DNA of 35,120 nucleotides from a virus (IMGVR_UViG_2778261168_000003), one strand, 5' to 3'; positions 8,897 to 18,127 are shown, counted from the stretch's first letter. Notes: generated by a model from the sequence alone, not told the origin. Numbers and translations: made by a program.

Positions 8897-9811
8897 ATGC
8901 CATACCAATTGGTAGAGCTTAGCCCCGTAGCTAACGATCTTGAACAGTTAGGAACCAAAGAGAAGTTTTGGTTCTATTTCTCCGATGACACTGTAAATTT
9001 GCAGTTGTTTAAGTACTCTAGGCCAGGTACTGGCGAGCATTGGTCTGAAAAGTGTGCTGCTGAGTTATGTCATTTGCTTAACATTCCACATGCTAGCTAT
9101 GATTTGGCGCGATACAATGGTCGATTCGGTGTGGTGACTCAGAATATCATTCCATCTGGTTTCCGGATGGTAATGGGAAATGAAGTGCTTCACAGTTCGA
9201 CATTCGATTATCCTGGGCCTTTACAAGCCGGGGAAAAGCCGGTAAGGGTCAGAGAACACACTGTCACAAGGGTATTGGGTTGTTTAGATAGGGAATCTAT
9301 CAAGCCTCCTCCGAGTGTATATGATCTAACCGGGCTAAATGCAGCAGATGTATTTTGTGGATATTTGATGCTCGATGCACTTGTGAGTAATCAAGATCGC
9401 CATCATGAAAATTGGGCGATCATGCTTAACAATGAAACTGGTGAGCAGTTTTTGTGTCCAACATACGATCATGCCGCTAGTTTAGGAAGGGAGATGTTAG
9501 ATGATGAGCGTAACGAACGGCTTAATACTAAAGATAAAAATCGACAAATCCCATGTTTTGTAAGAAAAGCTCGCTCTGAGCTATTCAAAGCAAAAACTGA
9601 TAAAAAGCCCTTGCTGACCGTTGAAGCATTTCAACATGCAGTTGAAGGGAGAGTTGCCGCTCGCGACCATTGGTTAGGTAAGTTGAGCGTTTTAACAGAA
9701 GATTCCATTACAGATGTGTTTAACCAAGTGCCTTCATCGTGTATATCCGACAGTGCACGTAGATTTGCAACGTTAATGGTAATGGAAAATCGCAGAAGGT
9801 TACTAGAATGA
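8897..9811 (+). CDS. HipA/HipT-like Ser/Thr kinase, core domain only
   Basis: 304 aa; Gly-rich loop-like LGTKEKFWF near the N-terminus, catalytic-loop-like DRHHENW (HipA DxHxxN pattern) and YDHAAS (Mg-binding Asp region); lacks the HipA N-terminal subdomain. Confidence 0.6.
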   Translation: MPYQLVELSPVANDLEQLGTKEKFWFYFSDDTVNLQLFKYSRPGTGEHWSEKCAAELCHLLNIPHASYDLARYNGRFGVVTQNIIPSGFRMVMGNEVLHSSTFDYPGPLQAGEKPVRVREHTVTRVLGCLDRESIKPPPSVYDLTGLNAADVFCGYLMLDALVSNQDRHHENWAIMLNNETGEQFLCPTYDHAASLGREMLDDERNERLNTKDKNRQIPCFVRKARSELFKAKTDKKPLLTVEAFQHAVEGRVAARDHWLGKLSVLTEDSITDVFNQVPSSCISDSARRFATLMVMENRRRLLE

Positions 9812-10548
9812 CTAATACAAACTCCGTTTACGTCGCATGGCAGGCACCAGATACCAGAGACTGGCATGTTGTTGGTAACTTGCAAGAGCGCAAATCGGGG
9901 TATGTTTTCAGGTATACCAAAGGTGCTCTTAAATCTACTAAATTTACAAAGTTTAGCGGCATGAGTGATGTTCGTGAAACTTATGTTTCGGAAGAATTGT
10001 TTCCTCTTTTTAAAAATCGCCTTTTATCACCGAGACGTCCAGAGTATCCGAGTTTCATTAAATGGCTTGGATTTGAAGAAGATAAGGTAAATCCTATCGA
10101 TATTCTTGCTCGCTCGGGAGGCTTACGAAGCACTGATCAGCTGCAGATTTTCAAAAAAATTGATGTTGATTCTGATGGTAACTTTGAGCATTTTTTCTTC
10201 TTACATGGACTTGGTTACTTAAATAGCTTAGCTAATGCTCGTGTATCTGAATTGAAACCGGGGCAAATTTTGCGTCTTTGCTTGGATCTTCAAAATGAAT
10301 ACGATGGGGATGCTGTTGTCGTTCGTGCAGATAAACCAGCTGAAATCGTTGGTTACTGCCCTAGGTATTTAAGTAATGATATCAAGAAGATGTTATTGGA
10401 TGATCCAAAATCAATCACTTTAACGGTCGAAAAGATTAGCGATGATGCTCCTCATAACTATCGGTTATTATGTAAATTATCAGGAGTACTAAGCCAAGCC
10501 TGTCAATCGACGCTGATTCCTCAGGATGAGTTTGAACCTATTGAGTAA
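9808..10548 (+). CDS. HipS-like (HipA N-subdomain) plus HIRAN-like domain protein; putative partner or antitoxin
   Basis: ATGA-overlapped with the kinase. N-terminus (VYVAWQ...VVGNL...YVFRYTKGAL...ELFPLFKNRLLSPRRPE) resembles the HipA N-terminal/HipS motif (LV.W...VG.L...F.Y...FNFFDNLLPEG). C-terminus (NEYDGDAVVVRADKPAEIVGYCPRYLSNDIKKML) fits the HIRAN pattern (N.YD.NAI.V...IGYLPR). Confidence 0.55.
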   Translation: MTNTNSVYVAWQAPDTRDWHVVGNLQERKSGYVFRYTKGALKSTKFTKFSGMSDVRETYVSEELFPLFKNRLLSPRRPEYPSFIKWLGFEEDKVNPIDILARSGGLRSTDQLQIFKKIDVDSDGNFEHFFFLHGLGYLNSLANARVSELKPGQILRLCLDLQNEYDGDAVVVRADKPAEIVGYCPRYLSNDIKKMLLDDPKSITLTVEKISDDAPHNYRLLCKLSGVLSQACQSTLIPQDEFEPIE

Positions 10549-10554
10549 ATGAAG

Positions 10555-10578
10555 AAAAGCCACCAAACGGTGGCTTTT
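10555..10578. terminator. Bidirectional terminator hairpin between convergent genes
   Basis: AAAAGCCACC-AAAC-GGTGGCTTTT between the stop of the HIRAN-like gene (+) and the stop of Q (-). Confidence 0.5.
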
Positions 10579-10582
10579 CTTA

Positions 10583-11623
10583 TTATGGGACTATATCTAG
10601 CGAGTAGGTATTAAACTGTATCGCCTCCTTGCCAAGCCAATCATTCATCTCCTGTAATCGCTTTTGTAGTGGCATTAGCTCATTTCGGACGAATACACGG
10701 CTTGCCTTCTCCACATCCCCAAACCCCCCAACATTATTCGGCATAATCCCCATCATTTGCGGCGGCACACGATGCGCCGCCATCATGTCGTCCCGGCTTA
10801 CGTTCTTGATGTTCAGAAACTCATCCTTTGCCGCCACTTCTGACAGCGGGATGATCTGAAGCCCGTCTTTTTTGCCGTTAGGCGAGTACATAAACAGGTT
10901 GCGGAAGTTGCCCGGACCTTTGGCGCTTTTCATCGCGTTGCGGAGGTTGTTCACATCCTCCTGGTTCTGAGCGGCATCGGTCATGTACATTATGAATCCT
11001 GCATGGCTGCCATTAATATAATATTTGCGTCGGAACAGCGTGGCGGACTCGTTGAGCAGGGCTGACGGAATGGCAGAAAGATAGCCGGGCAGGCCGTAGA
11101 TCTCCTGGTTGATATCGGGTTCCATCAGATGAAAGATGCTGCCTTTCGTGAACTGATACGGCTGGGTTGTCATACCGTATTGCACAAACCAGTAGGTATC
11201 CAGGTCTAACCCGCGTCGGGTGTATTTTGCCAGAGCAGGCTCAAGGGCGATAATTTCACCGAACCGGTTCGTGCGTTTCTCCAGGTAGGCGTTACCAAAT
11301 ACCAGATAGTCCTGCACAAAACGTGAAAAAGCCTGCTGGCTGAGCAGCGGGTGAGGGATGTAGGTGCTGGTCAGAATGTTGCATTTCACCGCAATCGGTG
11401 AGCTATGATGCACGGCGGCGCGGAAGGTTCGCGCCAGTCCGTCGAAACTCACTGGTGGCTCATACCAGCGGTCCATCTGTACGCATTCCACATAGTCCAG
11501 TAATTCGCGGCGGTCCAGAACAGGAACGGGATCGCCGAAGCTGAATGCTTCGGCTGAAGTCTGGCTTTTATGCTGGATCTGATTCATCGCCGCTGCGCGG
11601 TTTTTCTTACGCTTTCCCATCAA
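10583..11623 (-). CDS. Q: Portal (capsid vertex) protein, P2 Q-like
   Basis: 346-aa minus-strand ORF immediately downstream of the terminase ATPase, ATGA-overlapped; size and order match P2 Q. Confidence 0.85.
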   Translation of the reverse strand: MMGKRKKNRAAAMNQIQHKSQTSAEAFSFGDPVPVLDRRELLDYVECVQMDRWYEPPVSFDGLARTFRAAVHHSSPIAVKCNILTSTYIPHPLLSQQAFSRFVQDYLVFGNAYLEKRTNRFGEIIALEPALAKYTRRGLDLDTYWFVQYGMTTQPYQFTKGSIFHLMEPDINQEIYGLPGYLSAIPSALLNESATLFRRKYYINGSHAGFIMYMTDAAQNQEDVNNLRNAMKSAKGPGNFRNLFMYSPNGKKDGLQIIPLSEVAAKDEFLNIKNVSRDDMMAAHRVPPQMMGIMPNNVGGFGDVEKASRVFVRNELMPLQKRLQEMNDWLGKEAIQFNTYSLDIVP

Positions 11624-13386
11624 AAAATCTCCACAATATTACTGGTATTGGCGGACTCGCCTTGCAGTGGTTCGTTAAACAGTGCGTGCATTGTTGCCCA
11701 GGCCAGATCGGCGTGGCTGGCTTCTTCGCTGCGGCTGGCTTCATAGGTCGGGCGGTTGCCACTGGCGGTGGTGGCGCGACGGATTGCCATAAATGACTGC
11801 GCTATGTCGGTGTGTCCGGCGTCAAACTCCAGACGGCGGTGGCTGATAATGTCGTAGGCCTTGAGTACCAGAGCGTTTTTAACGTTGGGGTTGTAGACAA
11901 ACTCCCGGACGGCAGGAAAGAACGCTTTCACGTTCTCATAAACCCCGTGACCGACGCCTGTCGAGTCAATGCCGATATAGGTCACGTTGTACTGCTCGGT
12001 CAGTTTTTTGATTGCATCAGCCTGGGCGCGGAAGTCCATCCCGCGCCACTGGTGACGCTCAAGAATGCGAAACTTACCGCCTGGCACGGCTGGCGGTGCC
12101 ACCACCACGCATCCGGCGCTGTCGCCGTTCTGCGTACCTTTTGCCGGGTCATAACCGATCCACACCTCGCGCCAGCCAAACGGGCGCAGGGCCAGTGCAT
12201 GAAAGTCGGTCCAGACTTCCCAACTGTCCACCATGCACGCCTGCAGTTCGCTGAGCGGGAACACGGACGCGAGATCGTCCACGAACTCGCACATCAGCAG
12301 GTTCTGGTATTCGTCCGGGCTGTACTCCATGCGTAGCTGGTCGAGGTCGAACAGGTTACAGCCGCCGCGCACCGCATCTTCCACGGTGACTATCTGGCGG
12401 TATTGCCCGTCTGCGCACAGCAAGCCGGGGGCCAGATTGTTGTGGGACAGGTCGATGTCCACCTTATCGGCTTTGTTGCGCCCACGGTTAAACAGCGCAC
12501 CGGACCAGAACGGATAAGCACTGTGTGTCAGGCTGGATGGCGTGGAAAAATAGGTTTGTCGCCATTTTTTGTGAATAGCCATACCGGAAGCCACTTTGCG
12601 CAGCTCCTGGAATTTCGGTATCCAGAAATATTCATCCAGATACAGGTTGCCGTGGTAACTCTGGGCCGTGCGGGCATTGGTACCGAGGAAGTAAAGCGTG
12701 GCCCCGTTGGGAAGCACCATCGGATCGCCTTTCAGCTCCACCTCCACTTCTTTGGCGAAGTCGATGATGTACTGTTTAAAGACGTGGGCCTGTGCCTTAC
12801 TGGCGGAAAGGAAAATCTGGTTACGTCCGGTAAGCAGGGCGTCAATCAGGGCTTCACGGGCAAAGTAAAAGGTCGCGCCGATCTGGCGTGACTTCAGCAG
12901 GTTGCGGATGCGGTTGGTTTTTCCGGCTTCCCACCAGTGGCGCTGGTAGTTGAACATGGAGGAATGGAAAATTTCTTCCAGCTTCTCAATCTGTTCATCG
13001 GTGAAAACGTTCTTTTCCGGCTGACGGCGTGGGCCTTTGTTGCGGTTGGCGACGTTAGGGTTTAAGTCGGCTTCGTTGCCGCCATTGTTAAACTTGCCGA
13101 TCCGCGCGTGGCGTTCCGACTGGCGCGCCAGCAGGTCAATCTCTTTGAAATCTTTCCCTTCTTTGTGCTCCTTCATAATGAGCTGGCAGTAGCGTGCGGC
13201 GGTGGTGAGCTGCATCTGATCCAGCGGCCCATAGTCACCCCACTTGTCGCGTTTTTTCCAGCTGTGAACGGTTGCAACTTTCTCGCCCAGCATTTCAGCA
13301 ATGCGGGCTACGCGGTATCCCTGAAAGTACAGCAGCATGGCCTGCCGACGGGGATCGAGATCTGCGGGTGTCAGTGTGGTGTTCAT
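11620..13386 (-). CDS. P: Terminase large (ATPase) subunit, P2 P-like
   Basis: 588-aa ORF divergent from the O-N-M-L capsid operon; size matches P2 gpP. Confidence 0.85.
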   Translation of the reverse strand: MNTTLTPADLDPRRQAMLLYFQGYRVARIAEMLGEKVATVHSWKKRDKWGDYGPLDQMQLTTAARYCQLIMKEHKEGKDFKEIDLLARQSERHARIGKFNNGGNEADLNPNVANRNKGPRRQPEKNVFTDEQIEKLEEIFHSSMFNYQRHWWEAGKTNRIRNLLKSRQIGATFYFAREALIDALLTGRNQIFLSASKAQAHVFKQYIIDFAKEVEVELKGDPMVLPNGATLYFLGTNARTAQSYHGNLYLDEYFWIPKFQELRKVASGMAIHKKWRQTYFSTPSSLTHSAYPFWSGALFNRGRNKADKVDIDLSHNNLAPGLLCADGQYRQIVTVEDAVRGGCNLFDLDQLRMEYSPDEYQNLLMCEFVDDLASVFPLSELQACMVDSWEVWTDFHALALRPFGWREVWIGYDPAKGTQNGDSAGCVVVAPPAVPGGKFRILERHQWRGMDFRAQADAIKKLTEQYNVTYIGIDSTGVGHGVYENVKAFFPAVREFVYNPNVKNALVLKAYDIISHRRLEFDAGHTDIAQSFMAIRRATTASGNRPTYEASRSEEASHADLAWATMHALFNEPLQGESANTSNIVEIF

Positions 13387-13432
13387 GGCACAAACCTACA
13401 GCCTTGAATGAAGGCTTTCCCCGCCTGCGGTT

Positions 13433-13450
13433 TGTGTGGTTGTCGGTACA
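13433..13450. promoter_or_regulatory. Late-activator (Ogr) dyad TGT-N12-ACA in the P/O divergent promoter region
   Basis: TGTGTGGTTGTCGGTACA; centre is 55 nt from the P start (minus strand) and 87 nt from the O start. Confidence 0.45.
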
Positions 13451-13528
13451 AATACCGCGCATTGTTTCACTGCCCCCATCACCGCAACCATAAGGCTCCA
13501 GTAAGTTTTTTCTAACGGAGCACGGCTC

Positions 13529-14362
13529 ATGACAGTGAAAGCAAAGCGTTTTCGCATCGGGGTGGAAGGTGCCACCACCGACGGACGCGAAATCCAGCGT
13601 GAATGGCTGGAACAGATGGCAGCCAGCTACAACCCGGCGGTGTACACCGCGCTGATTAACCTTGAGCACATCAAGTCTTATCTGCCGGAAAGCACCTTTA
13701 ACCGCTACGGCAAGGTGACGGCGCTGTTTGCTGAAGAAATCACGGAAGGTCCGCTGGCAGGCAAGATGGCGCTGTATGCCGACGTTGAGCCAACGGAGTC
13801 CCTGGTGGAACTGGTGAAAAAAGGCCAAAAATTATTCACCTCTATGGAAGTCAGCCCGAAGTTCGCTGATACGGGCAAAGCCTACCTGGTTGGCCTGGCC
13901 GCCACTGATGATCCAGCCAGTCTGGGTACGGAAATGCTGACATTCAGCGCCAGTGCAGCCCATAACCCGCTGGCAAACCGCAAGCAGAATCCCGCCAATC
14001 TTTTTACCGCTGCAGAGGAAACGGTGATCGAACTGGAAGAAATCCAGGATGACAAACCGTCCCTGTTTGCCCGTGTCACGGCGCTGTTCACCAAAAAAGA
14101 GCAGTCCGACGATGCCCGGTTCTCTGATGTGCATAAGGCCGTGGAGCTGGTCGTCACTGAGCAGCAGAACCTGAGCGCACGCACCGAAAAATCCCTGTCT
14201 GAGCAGGAAGAACGCCTGTCTGAGATGGAGACTACCTTGCAGGCACAACAAGCCGCCTTTAACGAACTGGTGGATAAGCTGAGTCATGAAGACAGCCGCC
14301 AGGACTACCGCCAGCGTGCAACAGGCGGTAACGCCCCCGCTGACACTCTGACCAATTGCTGA
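13529..14362 (+). CDS. O: Capsid scaffolding protein, P2 O-like
   Basis: 277 aa, first gene of the rightward capsid operon, acidic C-terminal half; synteny with P2 O. Confidence 0.8.
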   Translation: MTVKAKRFRIGVEGATTDGREIQREWLEQMAASYNPAVYTALINLEHIKSYLPESTFNRYGKVTALFAEEITEGPLAGKMALYADVEPTESLVELVKKGQKLFTSMEVSPKFADTGKAYLVGLAATDDPASLGTEMLTFSASAAHNPLANRKQNPANLFTAAEETVIELEEIQDDKPSLFARVTALFTKKEQSDDARFSDVHKAVELVVTEQQNLSARTEKSLSEQEERLSEMETTLQAQQAAFNELVDKLSHEDSRQDYRQRATGGNAPADTLTNC

Positions 14363-14378
14363 TGGAGCACAAAACCTG

Positions 14379-15437
14379 ATGAAGAAGAATACCCGCTTTG
14401 CTTTTAACGCTTACCTGCAGCAGCTGGCGCGTCTGAACGGTGTGGCAGTTGAAGAACTGTCCAGCAAGTTCACCGTGGAGCCGTCTGTACAGCAGACGCT
14501 GGAAGACCAGATCCAGCAGTCCGCCGCTTTCCTGACGCTGATTAACGTCACGCCAGTGACTGAGCAGTCCGGTCAGCTGCTGGGGTTGGGTGTTGGTAGC
14601 ACCATTGCCGGAACCACTGACACCACCGCGAAAGAGCGTGAACCTGTCGATCCTACGCTGATGGTCGATGTGGAATACAAATGCGAGCAGACCAACTTTG
14701 ACACGGTACTGACCTACGCGAAGCTGGACCTGTGGGCGAAGTTTCAGGATTTCCAGGTGCGTATCCGTGACGCCATCGTGAAACGTCAGGCACTGGACCG
14801 CATCATGATCGGCTTTAACGGCGTAAAGCGTGCGAAAACCTCCAACCGTAGCGAAAACCCGCTGCTGCAGGATGTGAATAAAGGCTGGCTGCAGAAAATC
14901 CGTGAGGATGCACCGGATCACGTCATGGGCAGCACCACCACGGGCGGTGAAACCACACCGGGTGCGGTGAAAGTCGGGAAAGGTGGCGAATATGCCAACC
15001 TGGACGCCGTGGTGATGGATGCCGTCAATGAGCTTATCGACGTGGTCTACCAGGACGATGACGATCTGGTGGTGATTTGCGGGCGTGAACTGCTGTCTGA
15101 CAAGTATTTCCCGCTGGTCAACAAAGAGCAGGAAAACAGTGAAAAACTGGCTGCCGATATGATCATCAGTCAGAAGCGCATGGGGGGCCTGCAGGCCGTG
15201 CGTGCGCCGTTCTTCCCGCCGAATGCACTGCTGATCACCCGTCTGGATAACCTGTCCATCTACTGGCAGGAAGACACCCGCCGCCGTTCAGTTATCGACA
15301 ACCCGAAACGTGACCGGATTGAAAACTTTGAATCTGTTAACGAAGCCTATGTGGTTGAGGACTACCGCTGCGCTGCACTGGTGGAAAACATCCAGATTGG
15401 CGATTTCAGCGCCGCCGTAGCAGAAGCCGGAGCGTAA
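14379..15437 (+). CDS. N: Major capsid protein, P2 N-like
   Basis: 352 aa after the scaffold gene; size and order match P2 gpN. Confidence 0.85.
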   Translation: MKKNTRFAFNAYLQQLARLNGVAVEELSSKFTVEPSVQQTLEDQIQQSAAFLTLINVTPVTEQSGQLLGLGVGSTIAGTTDTTAKEREPVDPTLMVDVEYKCEQTNFDTVLTYAKLDLWAKFQDFQVRIRDAIVKRQALDRIMIGFNGVKRAKTSNRSENPLLQDVNKGWLQKIREDAPDHVMGSTTTGGETTPGAVKVGKGGEYANLDAVVMDAVNELIDVVYQDDDDLVVICGRELLSDKYFPLVNKEQENSEKLAADMIISQKRMGGLQAVRAPFFPPNALLITRLDNLSIYWQEDTRRRSVIDNPKRDRIENFESVNEAYVVEDYRCAALVENIQIGDFSAAVAEAGA

Positions 15438-15440
15438 CCC

Positions 15441-16091
15441 ATGAGCCTGAGTCCCGCACGGCAGCATCGCCTGCGCGTTCAGGCTGAACAGGCCGCCCGT
15501 GAGGGCGGCAGCGTTCGCCACGCGTCGGGCTATGACCTGATGCTGCTGCAACTGGCGGAAGACCGCCGCCGTCTCAAGGGCGTTCAGTCCACGGTCAAAA
15601 AAGCGGAAATCAAGGTGGAACTGCTGCCGAAATACGCCGCCTGGGCAGAGGGTGTCCTGGCTGGCGGAGGCGCGCAACAGGATGACGTGCTGATGTACGT
15701 GATGCTGTGGCGCATTGATGCCGGAGATTATGCCGGGGCGCTAGAGATCGGGCGTCACGCCCTGCGTCATGGCTGGGTGATGCCGTTGGGTAACCGCAAC
15801 GTGCAGACCGTGCTGGCAGAGGAAATGGCAGACGCGGCGCAGAGCGCAATGCTTGCCGCCACCGGCTTTGATGCTGATCTGTTGCTGCAGACGCTGGAGC
15901 TGACAGACGGTCTGGATATGCCGGACCAGTCACGGGCGCGTCTGCATAAAGCGATTGGCGCGGTCCTGAGTGAAAGCAATCCGGCGTCTGCCCTTAATCA
16001 TCTCAACCATGCGTTACAGCTCGATCCCCGCTGTGGCGTGAAAAAAGACAAACAGCAGCTGGAGCGCAGACTGCGCAATGACAGCCGCTGA
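15441..16091 (+). CDS. M: Terminase small (endonuclease) subunit, P2 M-like
   Basis: 216 aa following N; synteny. Confidence 0.75.
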   Translation: MSLSPARQHRLRVQAEQAAREGGSVRHASGYDLMLLQLAEDRRRLKGVQSTVKKAEIKVELLPKYAAWAEGVLAGGGAQQDDVLMYVMLWRIDAGDYAGALEIGRHALRHGWVMPLGNRNVQTVLAEEMADAAQSAMLAATGFDADLLLQTLELTDGLDMPDQSRARLHKAIGAVLSESNPASALNHLNHALQLDPRCGVKKDKQQLERRLRNDSR

Positions 16092-16186
16092 CAGAACGTG
16101 CCCCCGCGCACGGGCGGCACGGGGTGGCGAAAGGCACAGCCACATCAAAACTCCGTCCACCGCCCTCTATTTCAGGAGAAAGCAGC

Positions 16187-16651
16187 ATGAAGTTTGTTGC
16201 GCCAGAACAGGCACCGGAACAGGCGGAAATCATCAGAAATACGCCGTTCTGGCCTGATGTGGACCTGTCGGAGTTTCGCAGCGTGATGCGCACTGACGGC
16301 ACGGTGACGCAGCCGCGTTTAAAGCAGGTTGCGCTGTCGGCAATTTCGGAGGTCAACGCAGAGCTGTATGAGTTTCGCAGACGTCAGCAGATGCTGGGAT
16401 ATGCCTCGCTGGCAGAGGTTCCGGCTGAACAGCTGGACGGCAAAAGTGAGCGCATTCATCACTATTTCAACGCGGTTTACTGCTGGGCACGCGCCATGCT
16501 CAACGAGCGTTATCAGGACTATGACACCACGGCATCCGGTGTGAAGCGGGGCGAGGAACTGGCGGAAGCAAGCGGTGATTTGTGGCGTGACGCCCGCTGG
16601 GCCATCAGCCGGGTGCAGGATGCGCCGCACTGCACAGTAGAGCTTATCTGA
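16187..16651 (+). CDS. L: Head completion/stabilisation protein, P2 L-like
   Basis: Start at ATG 16187 with AGGAGAAAG RBS; 154 aa; synteny. Confidence 0.7.
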   Translation: MKFVAPEQAPEQAEIIRNTPFWPDVDLSEFRSVMRTDGTVTQPRLKQVALSAISEVNAELYEFRRRQQMLGYASLAEVPAEQLDGKSERIHHYFNAVYCWARAMLNERYQDYDTTASGVKRGEELAEASGDLWRDARWAISRVQDAPHCTVELI

Positions 16652-16854
16652 TGAAAGTGCGTGCGTATCAGTATGACACGGTGGACGCGCTTTGCTGGCG
16701 TCATTACGGGCGCACGCAGGGTGTCACGGAGCAGGTACTGAAGGCAAATCCGGGGCTTGCCGAATACGGCCCCTTTTTACCTCACGGGCTGCAGGTGGAG
16801 CTGCCGGACATACCGACAACCACCACCGTGCAGACCGTCCAGCTATGGGACTGA
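16651..16854 (+). CDS. X: Tail protein X-like
   Basis: 67 aa, the same length as P2 gpX, at the same position. Confidence 0.6.
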   Translation: MKVRAYQYDTVDALCWRHYGRTQGVTEQVLKANPGLAEYGPFLPHGLQVELPDIPTTTTVQTVQLWD

Positions 16855-16857
16855 ATT

Positions 16858-17073
16858 ATGACGCTTGAGCGAATCAGCGCCTTTATCACGTATTGCATCG
16901 CCGTCGTGCTGGCCTGGCTGGGCGATTTGTCCATCAAGGATGCCTCAACGCTGGGCGGCCTGATGATTGGTGTGCTGATGCTGGCTATCAACTGGTACTA
17001 CAAACACAAAGCCTACCAGCTTCTGCGCGACGGGCAGATCTCGCGGGAGGACTATGAATCCATCAATCGTTAA
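16858..17073 (+). CDS. Holin (putative)
   Basis: 71 aa with two hydrophobic segments and a charged C-terminus, immediately upstream of the endolysin. Confidence 0.55.
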   Translation: MTLERISAFITYCIAVVLAWLGDLSIKDASTLGGLMIGVLMLAINWYYKHKAYQLLRDGQISREDYESINR

Positions 17074-17569
17074 ACGCTGCCTTGTCGGGACCGTGCTGGC
17101 TATTGCTGCCACGCTGCCGGGTTTTCAGCAGCTTCACACCTCCGTGGAGGGGCTGAAACTGATTGCTGATTACGAAGGCTGTCGTCTGCAGCCGTATCAG
17201 TGCAGCGCGGGTGTCTGGACCGACGGCATTGGTAATACACTGGGCGTCATCCCGGGCAAAAACATTACGGAACGACAGGCAGCGGAAGGGCTGATCTCCA
17301 ACGTGCTGCGTGTGGAGCGAGCGCTGGAAAGGTGTGTCAAGCAACAGCCGCCGCAGAAGGTGTATGACGCTGCAGTGTCGTTTGCCTTCAACGTGGGAAC
17401 GGGCAATGCCTGCAGTTCCACACTGGTGAAATTACTCAATCAGCGGCGCTGGGCGGATGCGTGCCGACAGTTGCCGCGCTGGGTGTATGTAAAAGGTGTG
17501 TTTAATCAGGGGCTGGATAACCGCCGAGCGCGGGAGATGGCCTGGTGCCTTAAAGGAGCTGGACTATGA
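17054..17569 (+). CDS. K: Endolysin (lysozyme-like; hydrophobic N-terminus suggests a signal-anchor-release type)
   Basis: 171 aa; hydrophobic N-terminus (LVGTVLAIAATLPGF); position of P2 K. Confidence 0.7.
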   Translation: MNPSIVKRCLVGTVLAIAATLPGFQQLHTSVEGLKLIADYEGCRLQPYQCSAGVWTDGIGNTLGVIPGKNITERQAAEGLISNVLRVERALERCVKQQPPQKVYDAAVSFAFNVGTGNACSSTLVKLLNQRRWADACRQLPRWVYVKGVFNQGLDNRRAREMAWCLKGAGL

Positions 17570-17994
17570 CACGTGCGCTGGCGGTAGTGGCGGCGCTGGC
17601 ACTCGTTGCGCTGGGCTGGCAGTCGTGGCGGCTTAACAGCGCCAGCCATACCATCGAAACGCAGCGCGCGGCGCTGAAAAGTAAAGCGCACGAACTAACG
17701 AAGAAAAATAGCCAGCTGATCAGTCTGTCCATTCTGGCTGAAACCAACAACCGGGAGCAGGCGCGGCTCTACGCCGAAGCAGAACAGACCAGTGCACTGC
17801 TGAGACAACGACAACATCGGATTGAGGAACTGAAACGTGAGAACGAGGATTTACGCCGCTGGGCTGATACTCCTTTGCCTGCTGACATTATCCGGCTGCG
17901 GGAACGTCCGGCACTCACCGGAGGTGCAGCTTACCGTCAGTGGGTGTCCGCGAGTGACGCCGTGTCGGTTGGATCAGGCAGCGCCGCGCACTAA
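17566..17994 (+). CDS. lysB: Spanin inner-membrane subunit (LysB/Rz-like)
   Basis: 142 aa; N-terminal transmembrane segment then coiled-coil-like charged region. Confidence 0.6.
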   Translation: MTRALAVVAALALVALGWQSWRLNSASHTIETQRAALKSKAHELTKKNSQLISLSILAETNNREQARLYAEAEQTSALLRQRQHRIEELKRENEDLRRWADTPLPADIIRLRERPALTGGAAYRQWVSASDAVSVGSGSAAH

Positions 17995-18127
17995 CGGTGA
18001 TCTGAACGCATTGCTGGATGAAACGGAGGTCGCCTGGGCGGTCTGTGCAGACAAAGTGGACATGATTATTGCGTGTCAGGAGCGAAACAGTGAACAAACC
18101 ACAATCCCTGCGCCACGCCCTCAATAA
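17837..18127 (+). CDS. lysC: Spanin outer-membrane lipoprotein subunit (LysC/Rz1-like)
   Basis: 96 aa beginning inside lysB in another frame; lipobox LLTLSGC. Confidence 0.5.
   Translation: MRTRIYAAGLILLCLLTLSGCGNVRHSPEVQLTVSGCPRVTPCRLDQAAPRTNGDLNALLDETEVAWAVCADKVDMIIACQERNSEQTTIPAPRPQ

Noticed and set aside
11812-13407. Several plus-strand ORFs of 80-174 aa inside the terminase gene
   Set aside because: Antisense to a well-supported large gene; GC-rich and lacking start context; spurious.
13295-14921. Minus-strand ORFs of 100-220 aa across the P/O and N region
   Set aside because: Antisense to the scaffold and capsid genes; no independent support.
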